From the NCBI GenBank assembly GCA_964605065.1, contig CAZSAQ010000003.1:234210-298209 (forward strand): a stretch of DNA of 64,000 nt, given 5' to 3'. A model generated the notes under the pieces. The model saw only the letters and a program-made list of their open reading frames with translations, ran no database searches and was not told where the DNA came from. Positions within the stretch are counted from its first letter, which is position 1, and each line of letters begins with the position of its first letter. The DNA is from an uncultured Chitinophagaceae bacterium (GTDB lineage Bacteria; Bacteroidota; Bacteroidia; Chitinophagales; Chitinophagaceae). A program made the position numbers and the translations under genes. This document shows, in pieces, positions 54,482 through 64,000 of the stretch.

Positions 54482-56110
54482 CTAGTGAGAGGCGGCAACC
54501 TGCTCGTCCACATCCAGGCCTTGCTTTTTCAACACACTCTTTGTTTTCAAAGCGTGCCAGGCAAGGTAAGCAAAGCAGATCATGGGAACGATATAAGACA
54601 GCTGGGTATAAGTTGAGATCGTTTTGTCGCCGGAAGGGTCAAAATCAATCACTGCGCCCTGGGTGGGAGGGATGATCGCGCCCCCCAGGATCATCATGAT
54701 CAGGAAGGCAGAACCCTGGCTGGTATATTTGCCAAGACCGTTTACTGCCAGCGCGAAAATACAGGGCCACATAACAGAGCAGCAGAGGCCGGTGCTGACA
54801 ATTGCGAAATTGGCAACCATTCCCGAGCTGGTAATGGCAATCACCATCGCTACTGCGGCCAGTACGGAAACCGTTAACAAGAGTTTTACCGGTTTCTCCT
54901 CAGCATACAGGAACGCCGCAATGGCGATCACGATGCAGATCGGGTAATAAAAGAAATCACTCACATCATTGCCCTTGATATAGTTTACCAGCAGGATGAT
55001 ACCGAATGCCACAAACGGAACCACGATCACCATGACCCGTTTGGTTATTTTTGACAGGTTGAAAACGCTCACCGCACCGGTCCAGCGACCGATCATCAGG
55101 CTACCCCAGTAAAGCGATACCAGGTGCGAAATGTGGGCCTCGTCGTATCCGCCGAATTTATCTTTTTTCAGCAGGGCGCCGAAATTATTGTCGATCGTAA
55201 CTTCCACACCCACGTACACGAAGATCGCAATCATGCCCAGCACGAGCTGAGGATAAGCCATCGCCCCCCATCCCTGCGGTTTTTTCGAAGCAGCGGCCAT
55301 CGACACGAACAGGGCCAGCAAAATAATGGCCAGGCATACAGCGATGATAACGCCTTTGGACAGCCCTGTTGCCGCTTTTACCGAGTCGGCAAACAACACC
55401 GGCAGAAACACCAGGCCGATCAATAATAGCACGTACAGCGCTTTGGGACTGTTCTCCAGCTTTTCATTGGAAGTAGTCTTCGGAAGCTTTGAAAAAGTGA
55501 ATATCAGGGCTGCTACTATAAATAAACCTGAAAGAAAGAAGTAAAGAGTTTGTATGTTTTCAATGGAAGCTTCCTTGGCCTCGGTAACGGTACCAAAGAG
55601 AAGAAAACTTACCACCAGCGGGCCCAGTAAAGTACCAAAAGAGTTGACACTTCCACCCATATTCAACCGGTGAGCGCCTGTTTCGGGGCTGCCCAGGGCA
55701 ACAGCAAATGGCTGTGCGGAAGTTTGCTGCAGCGAGAAGCCGAGCGCTATAATGAAAAAGGAGATCAGTACCATCGGGAAAGTGGCCTTTCCGGATCCGC
55801 TGATAAACGCCAGTGCAATCGCTCCTACCACAGAGATCAGCAAACCATAAATGATCCCCTTCTTGTATCCGATCTTGTTGAGAATATCGGTTCCGCTCAA
55901 AGTGGAGGCCAGGTAGAGAATAAGCGACCCGTAAAAATAGGCGCCATAAAATGCCGACCCCACCAGTTGCGACTGGATCTGGTCCAGGTTGAAAAACTTT
56001 TTACAAAACGGGATGAAAATACTGTTGGATGCTGCCACAAAGCCCCAGAAGAAAAATACAGTGATCAATACGCCAAATTGCGACCACTTTGTTTGCTGAT
56101 TCATAAGCAA
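54482..56110 (-). CDS. Sugar MFS transporter (FucP/GluP glucose-galactose-fucose:H+ symporter family)
   Basis: N-terminus KWSQFGVLITVFFFWGFVAASNSIFIPFCKKFF is the FucP-family signature. Confidence 0.8.
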   Translation of the reverse strand: MLMNQQTKWSQFGVLITVFFFWGFVAASNSIFIPFCKKFFNLDQIQSQLVGSAFYGAYFYGSLILYLASTLSGTDILNKIGYKKGIIYGLLISVVGAIALAFISGSGKATFPMVLISFFIIALGFSLQQTSAQPFAVALGSPETGAHRLNMGGSVNSFGTLLGPLVVSFLLFGTVTEAKEASIENIQTLYFFLSGLFIVAALIFTFSKLPKTTSNEKLENSPKALYVLLLIGLVFLPVLFADSVKAATGLSKGVIIAVCLAIILLALFVSMAAASKKPQGWGAMAYPQLVLGMIAIFVYVGVEVTIDNNFGALLKKDKFGGYDEAHISHLVSLYWGSLMIGRWTGAVSVFNLSKITKRVMVIVVPFVAFGIILLVNYIKGNDVSDFFYYPICIVIAIAAFLYAEEKPVKLLLTVSVLAAVAMVIAITSSGMVANFAIVSTGLCCSVMWPCIFALAVNGLGKYTSQGSAFLIMMILGGAIIPPTQGAVIDFDPSGDKTISTYTQLSYIVPMICFAYLAWHALKTKSVLKKQGLDVDEQVAASH

Positions 56111-56206
56111 TCGGGTTGTTTTAAAATGATTGCTGAAAGTAGTAAGATTTTAGCAGTAATAAAATTTTTTCAAACCCTGATACTTGGTTAGGTTTAACTC
56201 GTTAAA

Positions 56207-57643
56207 TTGATGCACATTTCACACAGAATGGAAATACTTCACGTCAGCGCAGAATGTTACCCCGTCGCAAAAGCAGGTGGTTTGGGAGATGTGGTAGGCG
56301 CCTTGCCTAAATACCTGAATAACCAGGGCCATATCGCCAAAGTGGTGATGCCGATGTACCGTACCAAATTCCTTTATGCCAATAAATGGGAAGTAGTGCA
56401 TAAAGGCTTTACCAATCTCGGCAACTGGTGGTTCGAGTTCACCGTTATCAAGGAAACAGAAAACGTTCTGGGCTTCGATCTGTACCTGGTCGATATCAAC
56501 GGACTTCTCGACCGCGAAAAAGTATACGGATACGAGGACGACGCCGAAAGATTTACCGCCTTCCAGATTTGTGTACTCGACTGGGTCAGTCAATGGCAAC
56601 ATCAGCCCGACGTGATCCATGTGCACGATCACCATGCGGCACTGATTCCCTTCATGATCAAGTATTGTTACAAATACGCGGCAATCCGGAATATTCCAAC
56701 AGTACTCACCATCCACAATGCGCAGTACCAGGGCTGGCTGGGTTGGGAAAACAGCCGGTTTATTCCCACCTGGGACACCTGGCAGTGGGGCATGCTCGAC
56801 TGGAACAACACGATCAATCCCCTGGCATCAGCCATCAAATGCGCCGACAAGGTAACTACCGTTAGCCCCAGCTATCTCGATGAACTCAAATACATGAGTA
56901 ACGGACTGGAGGCTTTATTTGAATATGAAAAAGGAAAATGCGTCGGCATCCTCAATGGTATCGACGTAGATGTCTGGGACCCCTCCCTGGATAGTTATCT
57001 CGATCATCATTATTCGATCAAAGACGAAGAAGCGGGCAAGGCCAAAAACAAAATGGAACTCTGTGAGCGTTTCGGCCTTGACTTTGAAAAACCCCTGATT
57101 GTATTCATTGGCCGCCTGGTGGGTGAAAAAGGAGCGGAGCTGCTTCCCCAGGTCGTCGGCGACTCTTTTTATTATGTGGGGCGCAGGATGAACTTCCTGA
57201 TACTGGGCAGCGGATTTCCTGAAGTGGAAGCCGGGCTGACCGCACTGAAGCCTTTATCGCAATACGATTACAATGTATTTATCGGGTATAATGAGAAATT
57301 GAGCCACCTGATGTACGCAGGAGCCGATTTCCTCCTGATGCCTTCAAGAGTCGAACCCTGCGGACTGAACCAGATGTATTCCATGCGCTACGGCACCGTT
57401 CCCATGGTAAGGCGCATAGGCGGGTTAAAAGACACCGTTAAAGATTATGGCGAACCGGGAGGCTATGGCATTTGTTATGATCAGACAGCTGTCGGCGATA
57501 TTACTCATGCTGTGTGGAGAGCAGTAGAACTTTACCACGACAAGGCAAGAATGAAACAGATCCGCCAGAAAATGATGGCCCTTGACTTCAGCTGGGAAAG
57601 CAGCGTGGATAAATACCTGGATGTATACCGAAGCCTGAAGTAA
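56207..57643 (+). CDS. glgA: Glycogen (starch) synthase, GT5
   Basis: ILHVSAECYPVAKAGGLGDVVGALP (KxGGL motif). The start may be 56228 instead. Confidence 0.85.
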   Translation: MMHISHRMEILHVSAECYPVAKAGGLGDVVGALPKYLNNQGHIAKVVMPMYRTKFLYANKWEVVHKGFTNLGNWWFEFTVIKETENVLGFDLYLVDINGLLDREKVYGYEDDAERFTAFQICVLDWVSQWQHQPDVIHVHDHHAALIPFMIKYCYKYAAIRNIPTVLTIHNAQYQGWLGWENSRFIPTWDTWQWGMLDWNNTINPLASAIKCADKVTTVSPSYLDELKYMSNGLEALFEYEKGKCVGILNGIDVDVWDPSLDSYLDHHYSIKDEEAGKAKNKMELCERFGLDFEKPLIVFIGRLVGEKGAELLPQVVGDSFYYVGRRMNFLILGSGFPEVEAGLTALKPLSQYDYNVFIGYNEKLSHLMYAGADFLLMPSRVEPCGLNQMYSMRYGTVPMVRRIGGLKDTVKDYGEPGGYGICYDQTAVGDITHAVWRAVELYHDKARMKQIRQKMMALDFSWESSVDKYLDVYRSLK

Positions 57644-57702
57644 CTTAAGATCACCAGTCAGACATTGCTTGTAAAACCATATTGAATTCAAAAAAAACTG
57701 AT

Positions 57703-58977
57703 ATGTCAAAAGAAATATTAGCCGTGATACTCGGCGGAGGAGCAGGAACCAGGTTATATCCCTTAACAGCCAGCCGCTCGAAACCCGCAGTACCCATCGC
57801 CGGTAAATACCGCCTGGTAGATATTCCCATCTCCAACTGTCTCAACTCGAATATCGCCCGGATGTTCGTGCTAACCCAGTTTAACTCGGCCTCCCTTAAC
57901 CGCCATATCAAAAATACTTACCACTTCAGCGCATTCAGTTCAGCGTTTGTAGACATCCTCGCAGCGGAACAAACTCCCGACAACCCTACCTGGTTCCAGG
58001 GTACTGCCGACGCCGTGAGACAGAGTCTTCGTCACATCGAACCTTTTTCGAGCGATTATGTGCTGATCTTATCCGGCGACCAGCTGTATCAGATGGATTT
58101 CCGCGAAATGATCAATAACCATATCGATAAAAAAGCCGATATCTCCATCGCTACCATACCAGTGGGCGATCGGGAAGCACCCGAGTTCGGAATCCTCAAA
58201 AAAACAGACGACGGACTGATCAGCTCTTTCGTGGAAAAACCCAAGAAAGAAGTATTGTCGCAGTGGGTCAGCGATACCGGCCCGGAAATGCAGCGCCAGG
58301 GAAGAAATTACCTCGCCTCCATGGGTATTTATATCTTCAATCGCCAGTTGCTCACTGATCTGCTGCTGGATGAATGCAAGGAAGCTACCGATTTCGGAAA
58401 AGAGATCATCCCGCAGTCGATCTCCAAATACAAAGTGGCCAGCTACCAGTACGAAGGATACTGGACCGATATCGGGAACATCTATTCCTTTTTCGAAGCC
58501 AACCTCGGTCTTACCCAGGAAATTCCCGATTTCAACCTCTTCGACAACAACAAGGCCATCTATACGCGCGCGCGCATGCTGCCGCCCGCCAAGATCAGCG
58601 GTACCACTCTCGAAAAGACCATCATCGCCGAAGGCTGTATCATCAATGCCTCCAGGGTAGAGAACAGCGTGATCGGAATCAGGACCCGCGTCGGATCGGG
58701 AACCACCATCGTCAGCAGCTATGTAATGGGTAGCGATTATTTCGAAACTCTCGAAGAAATGAAACACAATGCGGAGAGAGGCGTCCCTAAATTAGGTATT
58801 GGTGATCGCTGCTATATCCGCAATGCCATCCTGGACAAAAACTGCCGCATCGGCGACGATGTCCGCATCAATGGAGGCCATCACCTCGAAAATACCGACC
58901 ATTCCCTGTATACCGTTAAAGACGGAATAGTTGTAGTCAAAAAAGGAGCCGTTATTCCGAATGGATTTGTGATATAG
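57703..58977 (+). CDS. glgC: Glucose-1-phosphate adenylyltransferase
   Basis: ILGGGAGTRLYPLTASRSKPAVPIAGKYRLVDIPISNCLNS. Confidence 0.9.
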   Translation: MSKEILAVILGGGAGTRLYPLTASRSKPAVPIAGKYRLVDIPISNCLNSNIARMFVLTQFNSASLNRHIKNTYHFSAFSSAFVDILAAEQTPDNPTWFQGTADAVRQSLRHIEPFSSDYVLILSGDQLYQMDFREMINNHIDKKADISIATIPVGDREAPEFGILKKTDDGLISSFVEKPKKEVLSQWVSDTGPEMQRQGRNYLASMGIYIFNRQLLTDLLLDECKEATDFGKEIIPQSISKYKVASYQYEGYWTDIGNIYSFFEANLGLTQEIPDFNLFDNNKAIYTRARMLPPAKISGTTLEKTIIAEGCIINASRVENSVIGIRTRVGSGTTIVSSYVMGSDYFETLEEMKHNAERGVPKLGIGDRCYIRNAILDKNCRIGDDVRINGGHHLENTDHSLYTVKDGIVVVKKGAVIPNGFVI

Positions 58978-58980
58978 TTA

Positions 58981-59092
58981 GGTTTGCAGTTTGCTGTTTG
59001 CCGTTTGCGGATAGACCAGTCTAAAAGCTGTTACTTCCTCTTTAAAAGACGGGGGTGGAGCTTAACAGCAAACTGTAAACGGCAAACCTCAA
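58981..59092. repeat. Heptamer-periodic inverted-repeat element, copy C
   Basis: ggtttgc agtttgc tgtttgc cgtttgc gg ... 55-bp spacer ... cagcaaa ctgtaaa cggcaaa cctcaaa. It lies downstream of glgC. Confidence 0.85.
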
Positions 59093-59185
59093 ATAACTGT
59101 CCGGAACCCTAAACCCCTACAAAGTGTACTAATTACACAATATCTCCTTATCTTTCCATAGATACATTAACCATTACGATCGCTT

Positions 59186-60568
59186 ATGTCTACCGCCTAC
59201 ACCGGGGTAAAACCTGCATTACGATTATCTGAAATTGTCAATATGAGTGTCGGCTTCTTTGGGATCCAGTTCGGATGGGATCTTCAGAGAGCCAATATGG
59301 GTCGGATCTATGAGAATCTGGGTGCCAACCCGGATGAAGTGCCGATACTCTTCCTGGCGGCTCCCTTAACGGGTTTACTGGTTCAGCCGGTCATCGGATA
59401 TATGAGTGATCGCACCTGGCATCCCAGGTGGGGAAGGAGAAGGCCTTATTTTATGTTGGGGGCCATTTTAAGTTCCATCGCACTGATCTTTATGCCACAC
59501 AGCAGCGCTTTATGGATGGCCGCGGGACTGCTCTGGGTATTGGATGTTTTTGGAAACGTGGCGATGGAGCCCTTCAGGGCATTTGTTACGGACAAACTCC
59601 CCGATTCGCAGGTGAACAGGGGATTTGTAATGCAGAGTTTCATGATCGGGCTGGGAGGATGGATCGCTTCTTCGTTACCCTGGCTGATGAAAAATGTATT
59701 CAATCTTCAGAATACAGCCAGCAAAGGAGAAATTCCTGCTAATGTTCAGTATTCATTTTATATCGGTTCGTTCTTCTTTTTATCTGCGGTGCTATATACC
59801 GTTTTTACAACCCGGGAATACCCTCCTTCCGACCTTAGTTTTAAAGATAAGGTCAAGGAATCGAACAAAGGATTTGGAGGCGGCGTTTCGGAGATACTCA
59901 ATGCGTTGACCAACATGCCCGCGCGGATGCGAATCGTTTCGCTCGTTCAATTTTTTACCTGGCCGGGTTTGTTCCTCATGTGGTTTTATTATACAACGGC
60001 CGTAGCAGTAAATGTTTTTGGCGGAAAAGACAGCAGCGACCCGGTATATGCGCAGGGAGCTGATTTCGCCTCCCTCACCCTGGGATACTACAGTGCGGTA
60101 ACATTTGTATTTGCATTGATTCTTCCGTTCATCGCGGATAAGCTTGGACGAAAATCAACGCACGCCCTTTGCTTGCTCTGCGGAGCCATCGGCCTGATCA
60201 GCCTGCGCTGGATTCACGATAAAAATATGTTGTACTTGTGTATGACAGGCGTAGGAATAGCATGGGCCAGCATCCTTTCAATGCCCTATGCCATGCTGAG
60301 CGGAGTTTTGCCGAAAGACAAAGTGGGAATTTATATGGGCATCTTTAATTTCTTTATCGTACTGCCTGAGATAATCGCCTCATTTGGATTTGGCTGGCTC
60401 ATGCGAAATGTACTCAATAACGACAGGCTGCTGGCTGTACAGGTCGGTGGGGGATTGATGGTGCTGGCTGCCCTGGTCTGCTTCCTGTTCATCCGTGAAA
60501 AGAAACACGAAGCGGTGGATGAAACGATGGTCAACAAATTGGAAATTTCAGAAGAGAGATCTGTATAA
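59186..60568 (+). CDS. MFS transporter, SLC45/sucrose-symporter-like (likely maltose/maltodextrin uptake)
   Basis: GFFGIQFGW...PVIGYMSDRTWHPRWGRRRPY is the GPH/SLC45 signature. Confidence 0.75.
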   Translation: MSTAYTGVKPALRLSEIVNMSVGFFGIQFGWDLQRANMGRIYENLGANPDEVPILFLAAPLTGLLVQPVIGYMSDRTWHPRWGRRRPYFMLGAILSSIALIFMPHSSALWMAAGLLWVLDVFGNVAMEPFRAFVTDKLPDSQVNRGFVMQSFMIGLGGWIASSLPWLMKNVFNLQNTASKGEIPANVQYSFYIGSFFFLSAVLYTVFTTREYPPSDLSFKDKVKESNKGFGGGVSEILNALTNMPARMRIVSLVQFFTWPGLFLMWFYYTTAVAVNVFGGKDSSDPVYAQGADFASLTLGYYSAVTFVFALILPFIADKLGRKSTHALCLLCGAIGLISLRWIHDKNMLYLCMTGVGIAWASILSMPYAMLSGVLPKDKVGIYMGIFNFFIVLPEIIASFGFGWLMRNVLNNDRLLAVQVGGGLMVLAALVCFLFIREKKHEAVDETMVNKLEISEERSV

Positions 60569-60579
60569 TCTTATTTTTT

Positions 60580-62451
60580 ATGAGAAAGAATGGCTTCCTG
60601 TTTTTTTGGCTCCTGATCGTGAGCTTCTCCTTTGCGCAAACAGATGTGTATCCCACCCACTGGTGGACCGGCATGAAGATGTCAAAGATCCAGTTGCTGA
60701 TCCGATCAGAAAACATCAGCGGCCCGGAAAGACGCATTGCCATGGTCAGTTACCCGGGCGTAAGAGTGCTGGGAGTAGAGAAACTGGAGAACCCGAATTA
60801 CCTGCTGGTAAACCTTGATATCTCCGCACAGGCAAAGCCCGGATCGTTTCCTATAAAAATAGTAGGGGGCAACAAGCCGGTTCAATTTACTTATGAGCTG
60901 AAGGCGAGAGACCGGGAAGATGGAAAATCGAGGGTGCAGGGTGTCACTTCGAAAGATCTGGTTTACCTCATCATGCCCGACCGTTTCGCCAATGGAGATC
61001 CCTCCAACGACGCGTTTGATAGTTACAAAGACAAAGAAGCGAACCGCAACAGTAAATATGCCCGTCATGGGGGCGACCTGAAAGGCGCCCAGGATCACCT
61101 GGATTATTTGTCGGACCTTGGCGTAACGACCATCTGGTTAACGCCGCTTACCGAAAATGACATGCCCAAAATGCGCGAGGGAAGCTGGGATATGTCGGGC
61201 TATCACGGTTACTGGTTTACGGACCACTATAAAGTAGATAAGCGTTTTGGCGGCAATGAAGCGTATAAAGAATTTATCACCACCGCCCATCGCAAGGGCC
61301 TCAAGGTAATCCAGGATGCGGTGTACAATCATATCGGACTGGAACATTGGATCTATCTCGATCCGCCTTCCAAAGACTGGATCAACCAATGGCCCACATT
61401 CACCCCGCCCAACCACCGTGTTGAAACCATGTTCGATCCATACGGCTCCGACTACGATAAGACCAATATGGTGAAGGGATGGTTTGTTAGGCACCTGCCC
61501 GATCTCAATCTCGCCAATACTTCCCTCGCCAACTACCTCATTCAGCATGCCATCTGGAGCGTGGAAGAATTCGGATTCGATGGGTTTCGCGTGGATACCT
61601 ATAAGTATTGCGACGAGAATTTCCTGAATAAAGTAAATGCGGCGCTGGTGAAAGAATATCCTGGCATCACCACCTTTGTAGAAGCCTGGGCCAACAATGA
61701 ACAGGGCAATGCGTACTTCGTTCAGAACAATCTCAACATTCCTTTTAAACACAACGCAGGTGGTGCGCTGGATTTTCCACTTTGCTTCTCGATGCATGCG
61801 GCCATGAACCAGCCCAATGGATGGACCGAAGGAGTTAATCGATTGTACATGACGCTGGCGCAAGACCGAGCATACAAGGACCCGCTGACCAATTGCATCT
61901 TCCTCGATAACCACGACCTGGACCGGGTATACTCTGTCATCGGGGAGGACTGGAACAAAATGAAATGGGGGATGAACTGGTTGCTAACCTTGCGGGGCAT
62001 ACCTCAGCTTTACTATGGTACCGAAATTCTGATGAAGAATTTTAAACAGCCGACAGACGCGGAAGTCAGGCTCGATTTCCTCGGTGGATTTCCGGGCGAC
62101 GCAGTCAACAAGTTCACAGCAGCCGGCAGAACGGAAAAAGAGAACGAAGCCTTCAATTATATCCGGAACCTCGCTCGTTTCCGCAAAAGCTCCTCCGCCC
62201 TCACTACCGGTAAAACCATGCAGTTCATCGTTCGCGATGGAGTGTATACGTATTTCAGGTACGACGACAAACAAACCGTCATGGTCATTACCAATACCGG
62301 CGATAAAATCTATACCCCGGACTGGACAATCTTCAAGGAAAGAACGGCGGCCTTCAAATCAGCCCGCGATATTCAAACCGGTAAAATGACCCCACTCGAA
62401 AACCTGCAAATAAAACCGAAAGAAGGATTGGTGTTGGAGTTGATGAAATAG
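60580..62451 (+). CDS. Glycoside hydrolase family 13 alpha-amylase (secreted, SusG-like)
   Basis: Signal peptide, DAVYNH, GFRVDTYKY (catalytic Asp), EAW and FLDNHD are the GH13 regions I-IV. Confidence 0.85.
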   Translation: MRKNGFLFFWLLIVSFSFAQTDVYPTHWWTGMKMSKIQLLIRSENISGPERRIAMVSYPGVRVLGVEKLENPNYLLVNLDISAQAKPGSFPIKIVGGNKPVQFTYELKARDREDGKSRVQGVTSKDLVYLIMPDRFANGDPSNDAFDSYKDKEANRNSKYARHGGDLKGAQDHLDYLSDLGVTTIWLTPLTENDMPKMREGSWDMSGYHGYWFTDHYKVDKRFGGNEAYKEFITTAHRKGLKVIQDAVYNHIGLEHWIYLDPPSKDWINQWPTFTPPNHRVETMFDPYGSDYDKTNMVKGWFVRHLPDLNLANTSLANYLIQHAIWSVEEFGFDGFRVDTYKYCDENFLNKVNAALVKEYPGITTFVEAWANNEQGNAYFVQNNLNIPFKHNAGGALDFPLCFSMHAAMNQPNGWTEGVNRLYMTLAQDRAYKDPLTNCIFLDNHDLDRVYSVIGEDWNKMKWGMNWLLTLRGIPQLYYGTEILMKNFKQPTDAEVRLDFLGGFPGDAVNKFTAAGRTEKENEAFNYIRNLARFRKSSSALTTGKTMQFIVRDGVYTYFRYDDKQTVMVITNTGDKIYTPDWTIFKERTAAFKSARDIQTGKMTPLENLQIKPKEGLVLELMK

Positions 62452-62464
62452 AGAGAGTTTATGG

Positions 62465-62614
62465 GTGGTTTGAAGTTTACCGTTTGAGGTTTACGGTTCG
62501 ATCGCAGTCAGCGTACTCCTCTGAAGTATAGTCTGTCGTTAAGAACAGACAGATTTAAATACGATTACGAATGATTCAACAGAAAACCTCAAACTTCAAA
62601 CCTCAAACAACCGA
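62465..62614. repeat. Heptamer-periodic inverted-repeat element, copy D, filling a convergent junction
   Basis: ggtttga agtttac cgtttga ggtttac ggtt ... 84-bp spacer ... aaaacctcaaacttcaaacctcaaacaacc. Confidence 0.85.
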
Positions 62615-62618
62615 CCCC

Positions 62619-63365
62619 TCACAACATCACCAGCCAAATATTCCGGTTAGCCCATTTGCCCCATTCCTTGAGACTGCTTTGCAGGGATGTTTGTAATTGT
62701 GTGAAGTTGGTTTTTTTTCCTTTGGTAGGAGCGGCCAGGTCTTTGGCGGTTACTTCCACAACCTGCAGTTTAGTGGCAAACCAGGTGGTATTGATACGGG
62801 GGATGGCGATGCCAAGGATCATGCCGGGTAAGCCATTGAATCCTTCAGGGCCGCCGGTAACCATGATTTCATCCGTATAGAATGCGAAAATGAACACAGA
62901 GTCCATCATCAGGCCGGTTGCCTTGCGACAGTTGAAACCGGCGATCTTGCGGGTATCATTTGTCAGCTTCCATTCTATTTTACGCAGGGTGTCCTGAACC
63001 AGGTAAGTATTTTCAAAAACCTGTTTCTGACTTACAAAACTCTGTGTGCTGTAATCGTTGTGAACGATATTCTCTGAAGCCGGCCCGGTGCCCCAGCCAT
63101 TGGGCCGCTGATTGGGATTCTCCCGGCCAGGCTTATAGGTAGACTGGTTACCATCGAAAAAGAAATCAAAATACGTGATGTCGTATTGCGGAATGCTTTT
63201 CTTCAGCTCCTGTATCCACTCGCCATTTCCTTCCGAATCGAGTTGCTTGTGTACATTGACTTTTCTTTCGAATTCAATTTTACCCTTGGTAATGAATTGC
63301 TGTGCCTGCAGCGCCATGGGTGCCAGCAGTACTATGCACAATATGGTCAGAATTTGTTTTTTCAT
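62619..63365 (-). CDS. GLPGLI-family protein (TIGR01200)
   Basis: MKKQILTILCIVLLAPMALQAQ signal. The namesake motif is FNGLPGMILGIAIP. Confidence 0.75.
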   Translation of the reverse strand: MKKQILTILCIVLLAPMALQAQQFITKGKIEFERKVNVHKQLDSEGNGEWIQELKKSIPQYDITYFDFFFDGNQSTYKPGRENPNQRPNGWGTGPASENIVHNDYSTQSFVSQKQVFENTYLVQDTLRKIEWKLTNDTRKIAGFNCRKATGLMMDSVFIFAFYTDEIMVTGGPEGFNGLPGMILGIAIPRINTTWFATKLQVVEVTAKDLAAPTKGKKTNFTQLQTSLQSSLKEWGKWANRNIWLVML

Positions 63366-63375
63366 TGCTGATGTA

Positions 63376-64000
63376 TTAATCGAATGGACTGGTAGGTGCT
63401 TTTCCGTTTTTGGAGAAATTCCAGGTAAATGTGAGCAGCCAGAAACGACGCAGCGTTTCATAGGTTCTTTCGGTAATGGAGTTGCCGTTCACGTCGCGGC
63501 TGATGCCCAGGTTCTGATTGAGGATGTCGTTCATTTCAAACTTCACGACGCCGCTGTTATCCTTGAACAGTTTGCGGCTGATATTCCCGCGAATCAAAGC
63601 CACGTTCCGGTTGTTGGGGAACAGGGGCGTTTTCTGCCTGAGCTGAATGTCGATATTGGATCCTGCTTCCAGTTTCCACGGAAGATAAACAGTGATGTTT
63701 CCGTAGATATTGGTAGACCAGTAATTGTTGTTGAAAGCCGAGTTGAGAGATGATTTCGAGGTGTTGTAGGTTGGGCGAACGTTCAGGTAAAACTCCAATT
63801 TCTTTTCTTTCCTGTAATTGGTACCTACACCCAGGCCCCACTGGAAGTTGGTGGTTTTGTTTTTACGACCGTTTACAATGGTGTTGTTGGTGCTTCCCGA
63901 ACCCTCGTAGTTAAACTCCAGGTTGAAATCGCTCTTCTTCAGCTTAAAACTGTACGACAGGTAGCTGGCATAGTTGAAATTCCCGCTTACGTTGATAGGT
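63376..64000 (-). CDS. Outer-membrane beta-barrel/TonB-dependent-receptor-like protein, C-terminal part (the gene continues past the right edge)
   Basis: Open frame to the window end. The C-terminus ...LRRFWLLTFTWNFSKNG has alternating hydrophobic beta-strand pattern. GLPGLI genes typically follow such barrels. Confidence 0.55.
   Translation of the reverse strand, partial: PINVSGNFNYASYLSYSFKLKKSDFNLEFNYEGSGSTNNTIVNGRKNKTTNFQWGLGVGTNYRKEKKLEFYLNVRPTYNTSKSSLNSAFNNNYWSTNIYGNITVYLPWKLEAGSNIDIQLRQKTPLFPNNRNVALIRGNISRKLFKDNSGVVKFEMNDILNQNLGISRDVNGNSITERTYETLRRFWLLTFTWNFSKNGKAPTSPFD

Noticed and set aside
1-64000. Mobile elements, prophage, tRNA or rRNA genes
   Set aside because: I saw no transposase, integrase, phage structural gene, tRNA-like GTTCGAATC T-arm or rRNA signature in any intergenic gap. 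All gaps longer than 150 bp are accounted for by terminators or the repeat elements.

Overview
This 64 kb window looks like Bacteroidota chromosome, probably Chitinophagaceae-like. The evidence is a TAnnTTTG -7 promoter box, T9SS/gliding C-terminal sorting domains, a GLPGLI-family protein and many SusG-like/YfhO/DUF genes. About 53 protein genes are densely packed with short overlaps. I found no rRNA, tRNA, CRISPR array, transposase or integrase.

Gene content from left to right:
- A partial AMP-nucleosidase-like gene and a stand-alone HsdR_N (PD-(D/E)XK) domain protein.
- A 1402-aa gene for a T9SS-sorted LamG/PKD adhesin with a glycine-rich block.
- Two convergent operons for cell-surface glycan modification (5.1-18.2 kb). 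They hold three GT2 enzymes, one of them membrane-anchored and GtrB/CsbB-like. They also hold a GT4, three SAM methyltransferases and a YfhO-type GT-C membrane protein. A propeller/Y_Y_Y LytS-type sensor kinase and a LytTR response regulator are translationally coupled into the first operon.
- YhhQ queuosine-precursor transporter, PrsW protease, isocitrate dehydrogenase and two tandem Crp/Fnr paralogs.
- A DtxR-family repressor gene overlapping an NRAMP gene that carries a C-terminal universal-stress (USP) domain.
- Alpha-glucan phosphorylase, a DUF4139/MuiA-like protein, a flotillin, an RCK K+ channel and FKBP.
- Housekeeping and redox genes: ABC-F, IorAB-like molybdoenzyme, amidohydrolase-NTF2 fusion, cytochrome c, GAF/fRMsr, OsmC and LipA.
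- A glycogen/maltodextrin locus: glucokinase, GluP, glgA, glgC, an SLC45-like transporter and a GH13 amylase.

The most unusual non-coding signal is a family of five intergenic elements built from 7-bp-periodic GTTT/AAAC tandem repeats. Four are inverted repeats around a 30-90 bp unconserved spacer. All sit at gene 3' ends, mostly at convergent junctions. They may be a non-canonical terminator or REP-like element class. A second oddity is the 640-bp convergent spacer at 22.7-23.4 kb. It is packed with hairpins, micro-tandem repeats and a ~165-bp degenerate (CTCNYT)n pyrimidine-rich tract. Canonical hairpin+T-run terminators are also present at several junctions.
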